A program made the position numbers and the translations under genes. Below, piece after piece: positions 13,395 to 25,266 of a stretch of DNA of 64,000 bases. The stretch is taken from the NCBI RefSeq assembly GCF_006345805.1, contig NC_043000.1, positions 74,710,001 to 74,774,000 on the forward strand. Reading direction: 5' to 3'. The DNA comes from Octopus sinensis. Taxonomy: Eukaryota. The notes beneath the pieces are model-generated. The model was not told the origin of the DNA. It was given only the letters and a program-made list of their open reading frames with translations, and made no database searches. Numbering within the stretch: the stretch's first letter is position 1; each line of letters opens with the position of its first letter.

Positions 13395-15280
13395 AGCATA
13401 TCACCAGAGGTCACAGTCACTTGTCATCACTTCCATGAGGCCCAACATTCAAAGATCATGCTTCATTACCTCATCCCATGTTTTCCTGGGTCTACCTCGT
13501 CCACAGGTTCCCCTCCACAGTTAGAGATCAGCACTTCTTTACACAGCTATCCTTGCCCATATACATTACATGACCCCACCAGCACAATCATCTCTCTTGC
13601 AGACTACATCTGTTGCTTCTTGTGCCCAATTTTTCTCTCAAGATACTAACACTCTGTCATACATGCACACTGACATTGCATATCCAGTGAAGCATACAGA
13701 GCTTCATTTATTTCAAGCCTACCATGTCCTCAGCAGTCAGAGCCCATGTTTCACTGCCATGTAGCATAGCTGTACACACACAAGCATCATACAGTCTGCC
13801 TTTCGTTCTGAAGGAGAGGCCTTTTGTTACTAACAAAGGTAAGAGCTCTCTAAACTTTGCTCAGCCTATTCTTATTCTCACATCTACACTCTCAGAACAA
13901 CCACCTCCACTGCTGACTTGGCTTACCCAACTGGCATTAGATGGAGTCTATTTTCTCTACATTTTCAGTGCATATTGCTCCTGAGCATCAGCCACATACA
14001 AAAAATATCTTCCCCGTTAGCCTTCCTTTGATGTTGCTGCACTTCTTATGTGTCCATAGCTTACACTGGGTACATCTTATGAAGTCTCTACCTATGCCTT
14101 TTCTTTTACAGATTGAGCAGGGTCATTTACCTGAAGGGATTTGTGATTTGTCTGCTTTCCTATTTACTAAGATTTTTGTGTTTTTTGCTAGATTAACTCT
14201 AAGGCCTTTCGATTCAAGATCTTGCAGCTATCTTAAATTCCTCTGTTATTGCCTGGAGGACTATGATAAACAGGAGGGGGGCTGAGGACTGATCCTTGGT
14301 GAGCCCCTATTTGTACACTGAATTCATTACTATACTTGTTGCCAATCCTCACCTTACTGACTGCATCCTTGTACATGGCTTGTATGGCTCTCACCAACAA
14401 CTCATCTATCCCTAATTTTCACATTGACCACCAGTTAAGGGAGCAGATAACCCTGTCAAAGGCTTTCTCTATGTCAACAAAAGCCAAGTACAAAGGTTTA
14501 TCTTTGGCTACATACTTCTCCTGCAACTGCCTTACCAGAAATATAGCATCAGTGGTGCATATGCTTGGCATAAAAAGTAAACTGCATCTCATCTAGACTA
14601 ATTCTCTTCCTAATTAGTTGGGCTATGACCCTCTCCATAACTTTCATCACATGATCTAACAGTTTGCTACTTCTGTAATTATTTCTATCTAAGGCATCAC
14701 CTTTACCTTTGTAGCAGTTGACTATGGTGCTGCTACACCAGTTATTGTATATGACTTCCTCATGTACAACCTTATTTATTATACAGGAGACTAGACCATG
14801 CCCCACACCGCCAGATTTTTTAAGCATCTCAGCAGTGATTTCAGATGGGCTGGGAGCTTTCCTGGTCTTCATATCCTTCTTGGCTTTAGCTACCATGCTA
14901 TTGTCTATTTGGATTACTGGTCCCTCTGTTGGATCCCTTTTAGGCAGACTCTCTTTCTCCTATGCGTTCTCTACATTTAGTAACCTTTCATAGTGGCCCT
15001 TCCAAGCCTCTTTTTTGTAGAGTCATTAACTGCAAGCAAACAATCATCCCTATGAACACACTTCTCTCCCACAGCATCACAATTTTCCCTGGCACACTTC
15101 AAGTTTCTGGCCCCCTGGCTGTAAGACATTGGCAAACTTCTTCCTTTCTGCTTCACTCCTGGCTAAGTATATCTGCTTCCTAGCTTCCCCTCTAACTGCC
15201 TGAAATAACTCCTTGCTACCACCACCCTTCCAGTCCTTCCAAGCATATTTCTTTGCTCTAATGGCCCTGTCAACTATCCA
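13395..15280 (-). mobile_element. Decayed RTE LINE, 5'-truncated
   Basis: ORF 14549-14896 (KAPSPSEITAEMLK, NCYKGKGDALD, VMERVIAQLIR) and antisense ORFs parallel to those of copy 400-4109. Confidence 0.9.
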
Positions 15281-16199
15281 TATGTATGTATGTGTGTGTG
15301 CGAGTGGGTGCATGTTTGTGTTCTCTTCTCTTCCTATCACAATCTTGTTATAAATAACATTATTCATTTCCAAAAACATGTCTGGCCATGGGGAAATATT
15401 TCCTTGTTTGAAAACAGGCAAGTGTTGATGACAGGAAGGGCATCGAGTCATTGGAAATCTGCCCCAATAAACTCTTTCCAACCCTTGCAAGCATGGAAAG
15501 TAGACATTTGAACAGTGATAAAATGATGTTAGCTATTTTCTAGTATTGAGTAATTGATGAAATACATAAACCTTCTATTATGAATTTAGTAGTAATTCAT
15601 TTTTTACTTAGTTCATTACAAAATTCTAGTTCATTAATGCAATCAAGTATTTAATGTTATTTTAGCTTTACTTTCCGTTTTGGTGCAGGTGGATGGGGGT
15701 GGTAAATTATAGTATTTATATTGTCCAGTATCACAATAATAATAATAATAATACCAACAACAACAACAATAATGGGCAATTCCTAACTAAAGTAACTGAA
15801 CTATGAAAAACTTGTTAACTATTTTATCAGTAATTGGACAATGATGTTTTTAGAACATGTATTTTTCTATCTTTGCAATCATTCATTTTAAAGTTGTTTT
15901 TTTTTCCATAATCTACTTGCTGGTAAATCTTTAATTATGTTACTCTTTTTTTTTTATTTAACCTCAGTAACAACAGACATTACAGATTGCAAAAGAAACT
16001 GATTATAGCTTACACAGACCTGCAAAATGCAACTTTCTGAAAATTGCTTTGATAATTGTATGTTACTTCATATATTTTTATGGTGCTAACTCGAAATATT
16101 AAAAATGCTCTTTCCCATTACTTAAGGTTTTCTCTCAATTTAATGATTATTTCATAAATTGTAGGTAAATCCACATATGGTAACATGAAATGATTTTTG

Positions 16200-17110
16200 G
16201 ATTCAGCTCTTCAAAATCTCTTCTTTTTTATTTGGAAACTACCCTGGAAGTCCTTTGCTTGTGAGCACTTGATGGACATTCACGATGCATCATCCAGCAG
16301 TAATCAGCTATCATATTGACATTCCATCATCCCTGACATCTTTCCATCTCTTTTATGTCTTGATGGAACCTTTCCTTCCACACTTTACTTATCTCTCCTA
16401 GATTTTCCAGGAAACAAAATCCAAATGGACATGTAGGAAATTAACTTTAATGCTCATTTTACATCCTAAGGCCTCAAAATTTTCCACCATTCCACCCACT
16501 GTGTCTTTGTAGTTTGGATCCTTGTGATTACCCAAGAAGTTCTTCACCATGTCTTTAAAAATAATCTATGTATCCTTTTCACAATCACTAAGAATCCTTA
16601 TATCTAGCCCTTCATATACACCCTTTCTACCCTGAGATAAAGCTTTTATGAATTGTTTCATGAGGCCATGTTTTATAAGTAGAGGAGGCAATCGAACTTT
16701 CTCCAAGAATATTCTTTGTTCTTAGTGTAAGTGTATCCCTACTTGGTCATTCTTTTTCATACCAATGAACTTTCCAGGCTCTACTGTCCCATTTACATAA
16801 GAAACAAGGAAACTCTGTGTCACCTGACTGTTGTCCAAGCAACATGCTATATTATTTTCAAGTTGCTGCAAATCATCCAGTTGTGATCTATGAATTTAAT
16901 CTTGTGTAAGAATGACACTAAATTTTTTACGTTTCCTTCATCACTCTGTATCCAACAAGGATGGAAGCATATTTATTACCATTATGCAGTAGAACAGCTT
17001 TAAAACTCTCTGAAGAGTCAATAAAAGAATCGCCATTCATCAGAGCTGTAACTTGCCTTTTAGATCTCATGGATCTGTACAATAAACCAAGTCATTTCTT
17101 TAGGTGAAAT
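16200..17110 (-). mobile_element. Chapaev3-like (CMC superfamily) transposase remnant
   Basis: Manual translation of the minus strand across frameshifts gives DSSESFKAVLLHNGNKYAS, LLGQQSGDTEFPCFLCKWDSR, LPPLLIKHGLMKQFIKAL, FLGNHKDPNY, GCKMSIKVNFLHVHLD, ERFHQDIKEME and ADYCW. The family assignment rests on remembered motifs. Confidence 0.65.
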
Positions 17111-17462
17111 AAGGAACAAATTCTTTTTTGCGGTTACAATACCAGTAGAATAGTGTGCAAGGAGCTAAAAGATTCTTAGATTTAAGTCTGGAATCTAAAA
17201 TGACAATCTACTGAGGGCTACAGACCAAATCTGTGGTTAGTGCAAAGTCCCAGCTAGGCTGTGGGTGATAAGGAGGTGGACAGTACTATAAAATCAAAGA
17301 GACAGGCCTGGAAAGACTGGGAAATACTCGAAATAGAGAATTATATCTAATTGTCTTAATGTAGAATTCTTATGTTTGTTTTATTTCATCATCCACTGAC
17401 ATCACCAATAGTTGAATGACTTTTCTTAAATATGTTTATTTTCATTTTATTTTTATAAAACA

Positions 17463-18595
17463 CTAGCTGAAATACCCAGTGTTGCCCAAGTTAATGGATT
17501 AACAGTAACATCGCAAAGCTCTTTATCTAACTTATAGTAAAATATTTAAAAAAAACAAAAAACACTCAATGAAATTTCAGACTAAGAACACTTTGTAGAC
17601 CTTTTAATTTTTCTTCTTTTAAGAATATAGTTTGATATCCATATTCCAAACATATGCAAGTTCAATTCTGTAAAAATTTGTACACAAATTCAAATCTTTT
17701 GAATCCCTTTTCAATTTCTGTTTAAACTAACCCTTATCCTAACTCAAAATTGTAGTTCTAAATGCTAACACGGAACCCTTGCATTAAATGCTAACCCTCA
17801 CCTCTTACCTTAAAACTTAACTCAAGATCCTAATCCTAATTATAAAATTAGGATTAGGATCTTGTACAATACTAACCCTAGTATTAAATCCTAAACCTCA
17901 CCCCCAATGCAAGCCCTAGTTTTTGTGTGGAACCACAATCTCCTATGTTTGAAACATATACTTCTAAGAAGAAAAAAAACTGGAACATTAAAATAGTTAC
18001 TGTACATAAATTTAAAATTAAGCAGGCCCCCAAAAAATGATAAGCATGAATAGGTACAACAAATATTCTCCAAAAAGCCTCATTGCCGCAAATATACCAC
18101 CCTATTTGGAAGTGTATCACTTCATCTTGAAATGTCTGTTGTTGAAGTGTGAACATTGCAGTGTCAGAACCTTATTACCATATTTACAAATGTACTTAAC
18201 TAACTTCATAGAATTACAATATTCAACAGAGTAGTAAAGCACTATCCATTAATTACCAATTGTATGGTGACCAATTTTTGTTTCAAAACCGCCATCTTGT
18301 GGATATCCATCATTGCCTGTTTGCATTTCTTTAATGAAATTTTTAGGATAATGTTTTATACACTTCTTGTCTTTCATGCAAGATGCAGTTGGGTTGAGGT
18401 CACCACATGGATTATGAACCATGTTTGATTTTATAATTTCATAAACTTCTTTGTCTTTTGTGGGATTTTGAATTTCTGCTGAGATTATGAAATCAATATC
18501 ATCAGTTTGAATTTTCTGCAAAAGCCAGATTAATATATCTGTGTGAGGTAGGCCTCTTTTTTTCCATTCAATGGTATACATGTAGCAACATACTG
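17463..18595 (-). mobile_element. Helitron remnant: Rep domain fragment and 3' terminus
   Basis: ORF 18249-18581 (YTIEWKKRGLPHTDILIWL, ISAEI, MVHNPCG, DGYP), continuing YICKYGNKGSD and DEVIHFQIGWYICGNEAFWRIF. Minus-strand end GGGCAACACTGGGTATTTCAGCTAG|T at 17463. Confidence 0.85.
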
Positions 18596-18599
18596 GTCA

Positions 18600-18775
18600 A
18601 AAGAGCATGTTACACTCTTGGAGTGGTTGGCATTAGGAAGGGCATCCAGCCATAGAAACCATGCCAAATCAGACTACAGTTTCGTGCAGCCTCTCAGCTT
18701 ATTAGCTCTGGTCAAACTGTCCAGCCCATGACAACATGGACAATAGATGTTAAATGATGATGATGATAGATTTAT
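18600..18775 (+). mobile_element. RTE 3' terminal fragment with (GAT)n tail
   Basis: GTGGTTGGCATTAGGAAGGGCATCCAGC...GTTAAATGATGATGATGA. Confidence 0.8.
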
Positions 18776-18783
18776 ATGTACAC

Positions 18784-18838
<55 letters not shown>

Positions 18839-18997
18839 GTGTGATGTATATATACATATATGTGTGTATACACACACACATACAAAACAGTTTGTGTGTG
18901 TGCATATGTTCCTTATGGATTCAAAAACTGAGTTGCTGATTCTGATAATACAATGTGGCAGTAGGTTATAACACCTGGGTAATGCCAGAGTGCATTG

Positions 18998-19036
<39 letters not shown>

Positions 19037-19599
19037 GTATATATGTGTGTGTGTAGTTGAAATTTATAGAAAAAGAAAAAAGGAAGACAGGTATATGAAC
19101 AACAAGCATGTGTATTAGCTTGACACTCAGGAAAAATGAAAAAGTCTTTTACGTTTTGAGCCCATGCTCTTCAACAGGAAGGAATAAGAGAAAATAAACA
19201 GATAGCAAATGAAAAAAAGATTTAGCAGTCAAGCATGGTGAATGATTAGAAAAACTCTTGAAAGAAGACATTGAAAGAAAGGGAGCTAATAAAGTCCCAA
19301 ATGAAGGTGCAGATGTGGGTGTGTATGTGAAAATGGTGTGTGTGAATGTTTGAATAGGGGCTGGTGACTTTGATGTGTGTGATTGTGAGTGTGTCTAATA
19401 TGTGGCTGCTCATATAGTGGTATGTGTGATGACGCCATTTAAGATTGTGTGCAGATCTAGTTTTATTTTTTCGTCTTTCAGATTGGCAGCTATGGCAGAA
19501 AAGCCAACAATTTCAGAAAGAGTAGAACTTTTAAACCATAAATTGTTATATAGTAAATGAACTATGGGTCCAAACTTTTGCACTACCCTGTATATAGAT

Positions 19600-19870
19600 A
19601 TCGTCATCAGCTTTATCTTGTCTCCAAGTAATTATATGGAAAATGCTCTACTTTTCTGAGAGGTGTATCTGAGATGGTAGTATCAAAATTTGGTAAGATG
19701 GTATTTGGGGCTGGCTGTGCAAGGATCTTGGTTTTCTTATTGTTTACTGTAAGACCAATGCAACAGTAGACCATAGCGAAGTTCTTTATAGACTGTTGGA
19801 GTTCTTTTGAATGACAGAGGGTAGCATTGTCCTCAGGATATTGAGGTTCTGAGATGTGTTGCATGTGTGT
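19600..19870 (-). mobile_element. RTE/BovB-like RT fragment
   Basis: ORF 19613-19864: GLTVNNKKTKILAQPAP...VEHFPY. Confidence 0.7.
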
Positions 19871-20208
19871 TGTTGTTTAAATCAAAGTCTACTAAGACTG
19901 AAAAGTCCTCCATTATATCAATATCTGATGTCAACTCCTTGATTGTCTGGAGGAACTCCATGAAGCCATGCAGCCTCATACAAGGAACAAGAAGAATAGT
20001 GTAAGTGCCACGACGCATCCTTGTTTTAGTCTACATGTGACTGGAAATTTTTCTGACAGCATGTTTTGATGGAATGAAAGTAACACGTTTGGTGGTATGT
20101 TGATAAAAATTGGTTCTTTGCTTATTCATCAGCATGAGCAGTTGGAGCATAAGCAGAAATGAGTATATATATATATATATAAATGAGTACATATGCATAT
20201 GTATATTA

Positions 20209-20365
20209 GCACCAAACAGTGTTTAGGGTTAAGCAAAGTTTAGGTAAGTTAAAATATGTTTGTAACATATTTCAACTACTAAAAGCCAAATTTACTGCAG
20301 TTGCCAGTTGAAATATGTCACAAAACTAACCTGAACTTTGCTTATGTTTAAACACTGTTTGGTGC
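20209..20365. mobile_element. Small foldback MITE-like element
   Basis: About 42-bp imperfect terminal inverted repeats starting GCACCAAACAGTGTTTA, plus an inner inverted pair TTTGTAACATATTTCAACT / AGTTGAAATATGTCACAAA. Confidence 0.6.
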
Positions 20366-20416
20366 AAATGGTATGGAAATTTTCACAACCTAATAGTCGA
20401 CTGGCATAAATCATAT

Positions 20417-21291
20417 ATCATCATCATCATCATCGTTTAACATGTTTTCCATGCTGGCATTGATGGATTGGATGGTTTGACTGAGGTCTGGAGAGCCAGC
20501 GGCTGCACCAGGCTCCAATCTGATCTGACAGTGTTTCTACAGCTGGATGCCCTTCCTAACACCAACCACTCCAAGAGTGTAGTGGGTGCCTTTTACATGC
20601 CACCAGCATGAGGGCCAATCAGATGGGCCTGGCAGTGATCACATTTGGATAGTGCTTTTTATGTGCCTTGGGCACAGGGGTCAGTCATAGGGTACTGGCA
20701 TCAGCCACATTCTGTTGGTGCTTTTTACGTGCCACCGGCACAGGAGCCAGTCAGGCAGACCTGGCATCAACCACGTTCAGATGGTGCTTTTTATATGCCA
20801 TAGGCAGGGGGTCAGCCAAGAGGCACTGGTCACAGCTACGATATTGGTTTTACTTGACTCAACAGGTCTTCTCAAGCATATATTGCATGATGCATCAAGG
20901 GTACTCTTAACTGGGCCGGACATGCATGGCTGCAATCTCACTTTAGTTGCCAGGTCTTCTCAATCACAACATATCTCCACAGGTCTCAGTCTCCTGTCAT
21001 TGCCTCAGTGAGACCCAATGTTTGAAGGTCATGCTTCACCAGCTCATCCCATGTCTTTTGGGGTCTACCTCTTCCACAGGTTCCTTCTACAGTTAGGGAG
21101 TGGCTCTTCGTCACGCAGCTGTCCTCAACCATAACACGTGACCATACCAGTGCAATCGTCCCTCTTGCACACCATATTTGATGCTTCTTATGCCCAACTT
21201 TTCTCTCAGAGTGCTTGCACTCTGTTGTGTATGCACACTGACATTACACATCCAGCAGATCATACTAGCTTCATTTCTTTCAAGCCTATAT
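20417..21291 (-). mobile_element. RTE LINE 3' part, split by the HERO insertion
   Basis: (ATC)n tail at 20417, 3' UTR hairpin units, and ORF end YRLERNEASM...RLHWYGHV directly abutting the HERO 3' end. Confidence 0.88.
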
Positions 21292-24200
21292 TGTCTTGCA
21301 AACAACTTGCACATGCAAGTGCTACCAGTTAAAAGCTCCGTATACCAGAAGCTAGCAAGTGTATGGGGTCATCAGGAGAGAAGGCGTGCCGTTTCGGGGC
21401 CTACCTCTCGACGGCATCAATGCGCACCGGCCCCCCTCACTGATATGAGGCCCTGCTTGCTAGATCAGCTGGTTATGAAGAACTCAATATACTTCTAGCC
21501 ATCGCTCATTGTCTCTTTTTAACCAAATCCAGTGGCTAGCCTTCTCCACTGTAGATTGGATATCAGTCATGGTAGTATTGACTTTACGATGAGTTAGGCC
21601 TAGCGATAACAACAGTTGTCTCACGCTGTGTCCAACAAACCCTCTATATCCGACTTCAATAGGAAAATGTTCCGCTTTCCAGCCTGCATCTTCACATTCC
21701 TCGAGGAGGTTTTCGTAACGGTTCAATTTTCAAGCCCGAGCGGCATCCATATTATCTTCATGAGGAACCGTTAGCTCGACTATATTTACAACTTTCTTTC
21801 TTTCACACCACATCAAAATATCTGGTTTTTTCGAAACTGGGATGGGAAAGAAAACCTGGCACCCAGGTAAATCTGCAGTTACCTCCCAATAGCCGTTCCA
21901 CTTTTCATTTTTCTCAGGAAGTTTCTTGATCTTCTTCTTGAAACGGATCCGCTGACCTGGTCGCACGAAGGTAATGAAATCTCTTGATGGTACTTTTAAC
22001 GGTTTTTCCTCAGTGTTGTTGAGATGAATTTGATTCTTTATAGCATTGAAGATAACCTTAAGGACCAAGTTGTGCCTCCATGTGTACCTGTTCAATGCTA
22101 ATGAACAGTTGGAAAGAATATGTTTTAGTGTACCGACCTTTCCACATTTGCAGATGTCATTCTCTAAGACGTTCCATCTTACTAGATTCGTAGGTGATGG
22201 CAAAACATCATAAGATGAACGAATCAGGAAACTCAGCCGAGATGTCGTCCACTTCCACATCTCATCCCAACTTATCTTCCTCTCAACAACATGTTCTTCC
22301 CATCTCGTCATCTGACCTTGATGAACACATCGGATCAAATGAAGCTCTCTTCTCTCTGCTTCTCTTGTTTTGACGTTGTTGCTAACAACAGATCTGCATC
22401 ATGCTTGCAAACGGTCTGAACTGATGTGCGCCAAAACCAAGTCCTTTCCGATGGTTCTGCGTTGCTCCCACCATATCTCTGTGTATAAGAGAAGACAAGA
22501 TGTCGTCAGTTTCTGCTTCTGCTTTCCACTTCCTGGCTGATTTCCATATCCTTCGATTCTCTCAGCATCATGACCGTCCGTATCTTCCCCAGCTTATATA
22601 TTTCGACTATTGATGCTATTGGTAGCTGCAACGAACCTCTTTTACGATAAAGAGCTGAGCTGTTCAACATACGAGGTAGGCCTACCACTTTCTAATGAAC
22701 ACATTACATTTTTGTTCAATCCTTTCAACTCGTGACAATGCTACTTCGTATATTAAAAGAGGCCACGCAAGTCACGGGTACAAGCCGAACTGCAAGCACC
22801 AAATTTTATATTTACCTGGTAACTTCGAATCATCAATCGCTGATAACCCAGCCTCGGCCTGTTTCATAATTTCAATCCCACGACTTCTGTCTGACAATAT
22901 TCCAGTGTATACTCATCCCAAGCTCTTGACGGGATCTTTCTCGACTGTTTGAATGCTTTCTTCAGATATTCGAAACTTAAATTCTTTCTGCACTCCCTTA
23001 ACAAATGTCAGACTACGCGACTTTTTTGCTCTAAATCGCATCCTTGACCACCTTACAAGTTCGTCTAATCTCAAGAGGGCATTCTGCATGATTTGTTTAT
23101 CTGTAGCTAGAAGTGTCACGTCATCCATGAAGGCTTTCTTAGGCGGATTGTACATGGGCGATTTGTTCTGAAAAATCTACGCCTTTCAAAATCAACTCCA
23201 TGACTAAGATAAACCACGTGACAGATATTGTACAGCCAGCAGCAATGACAACCTCCAATTGATGCCAATTTGTTGTAAAATTTCCAGTTGTAAACCTCAT
23301 TTCGAAACTGTCATAGTACATCCTCATTATTTTGATCACTTTGTCAGGAATGTGGAAGTGGTCCATGGCTGTTATTAGTAATTTGTGTGGCACTGAACCA
23401 TACGCGTTAGCTAGTCGAGCCATACCACGTTCAGACTTTTCTTGTTCTGTTTGGCATCCTGGATCGCTTTCCAAATCGAAAAACAGTGTTCAACGCATCC
23501 TGGGATCCCGGGGATTCCGGCCTTTTGAACAGATTCATCAACATATCCGTTACTCTGTAAATATGCCACTGTTCTCCTCGACAGAATTCCCATAAAGATC
23601 TTGCCTTCCACATTCAATAAGGATATCGGCCTAAACTGTTTTATGGTCTTTGCATTGGCCTCTTTCGGCAGGTATATATCTTCTGCCTTACACCAATCCT
23701 CTACTATAGTCTCCTTGCGCCACAGTTGTCGGAGTAGGACAAAGAGCTTCTTTTGCAGACGATTGCAGTACTTGTAGACTTTATATGAGACGCCATCACC
23801 TCCTGGGGCACTCTTTGCTCTAGCTTTTCTTACGAAGTCATTCACCTCTCTCTCCCTGATGTCCCCAATCTGGAATTTGATATCAGGTCCTGAGAGATGA
23901 TTTAGCTCATGTAGAGGTGGCAGCGGCTGGTTACAGTGCGGATCGCTGTAGGTTTCCTTGATATGAGCATCCAATTCTTCTTTAGTGCATGATAAAGTAC
24001 CACTCTTCTGTTCAGTGAACAGCTTCTTAGTAAACCCATACAGGTCCTTTAGAAATTGCCCCCGAGTCCTTTTACTTTCTTTTCGACGCTCATATCGGCA
24101 GATATGTCGTTGCATATAACGATATTTCCTCTTCAAATCGTTGTACAGCAGCACATGGTCAGGTTTCTCATCTAGTGCAGCACATCTCCATCGCTTTCTT

Positions 24201-24985
24201 AAGTCAGACTTTTCCTTCAACTGCTGCTTTTTTCTGATCCTCCTGCTTGGTCCACACTTTCCTTTCTCTAGTCGGATATTCTCTTTTATTTCAAATAAAT
24301 CTGTTCCTATATCGTATATTGAGCTTGATAATTTACCCAGTTTCTCCACTGTAGAGCCTGTCATTTTATAAAGAGCCTGACAAACCTTGTTTTCAAACTC
24401 TTTATATTTCACTTTCTCATTAGCAGCAGGCCACAAAACCCTCGGTTTCCTCTGAGTATCCGATGCACCAGTTTCATGACTTTTAGTTTCATCACATGAA
24501 GAGGTCTCTGCTGTAGCATTTATCGATCCACTGTGGTTTGAGTCCGGGGATGATTTGCCTCGTGTTTTACGATCTGACGATCCACACTGCCCTGTCCTGT
24601 TCTCACAAGTCTTTCCCTGATGTATCTTCAAGCCTCTCACAGTTGCAAAGGTTCTATAACACAGCTTGCATCCAAAGTTGTTTGCATTTCGTTCGCTGTT
24701 CGAATGAATAAACATATTCGTTTCCAAGGTCATTCCCGTGCTGACTGGGTTTGATTGATTCTCGACTTCCCCCTCTCGGTCAATCGTGGGGCTGTCATTT
24801 CCAGTTATTTCCGTTACAATAAATTACAGAGGCGAGGATGGTAAGTCCGCAGCCTCCGCCAGTCTTTCCTGGTGTCGATAGTCTTTCCTATTGTCCGCTT
24901 GTCTTTCCGAGCAGTCCTCTTGTCTTTCCAAGATGCCTAACCGTCTTTCCGGTTTGTCAGTGGTTACCTACCACAAGGTCTTAGA
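21292..24985 (-). mobile_element. Near full-length HERO-clade non-LTR retrotransposon (restriction-like endonuclease type)
   Basis: One fragmented ORF flanked by a 5' UTR (24734-24985) and a 3' UTR (21292-21483). Inserted within an RTE ORF. Confidence 0.88.
21484..24733 (-). pseudogene. HERO polyprotein (C2H2 zinc finger, RT, CCHC knuckle, RLE), broken by frameshifts
   Basis: CKLCYRTFATVRGLKIHQGKTC; KSAPGGDG; FRPISLLNVEGK; SVQKAGIPGIPGCVEH; WLD/LANAYGSVPH; AFMDDVTL; CKCGKVGTLKHILSNC; RYTWRHN; KPDILMW...ELTVPHE; IEVGYRGF; EKASHWIWLKR. Confidence 0.88.
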
Positions 24986-25266
24986 TGTCTTGCAAACAAC
25001 TTGCACATGCAAGTGCTACCAGTTAAAAGCTCCGTATACCGGCAGCTAGCAAGTGTATGGGGTCATCAGGAGAGAATGCGCGCCGTTTCGGGGCCTACCT
25101 CTCGACGGCATCAATGCGCACCGGGCTCCCCTCACTGATATGAGGCCCCGCTTGCTAGATCAGCTGGTTATGAAGAACTCAATATACTTCTAGCCATCGC
25201 TCATCGTCTCTTTTTAACCAAATCCAGTGGCTAGCCTTCTCCACTGTAGATTGGATATCAGTCATG
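24986..25266 (-). repeat. Second, 5'-truncated copy of the HERO 3' end; 281-bp direct repeat of 21292-21571
   Basis: Near-identical sequence (about 8-9 differences by eye) from TGTCTTGCAAAC to TATCAGTCATG. Confidence 0.95.

Noticed and set aside
17720-17900. Interstitial telomere
   Set aside because: Only isolated degenerate TAACCC words, with no tandem TTAGGG array.
21369-21395. CTGATGA and GAAAC hammerhead half-sites in the HERO 3' UTR
   Set aside because: The flanks that should form stem II are both C-runs and cannot pair, and no stem III/UH arrangement fits.
22480-22492. 13-nt match to the Tn5/Nextera mosaic end (TGTGTATAAGAGA)
   Set aside because: It lies in frame in the HERO protein (SSLIHRDMVG, matching the expected LxHxDxVG motif), so it is a coincidence and not adapter contamination.
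24862-24950. GGAAAGAC repeats read as a mini-CRISPR
   Set aside because: Repeats of 8 bp and spacers of 11-13 bp are far too short, and the spacers are hairpin stems. Reported as a structured UTR instead.
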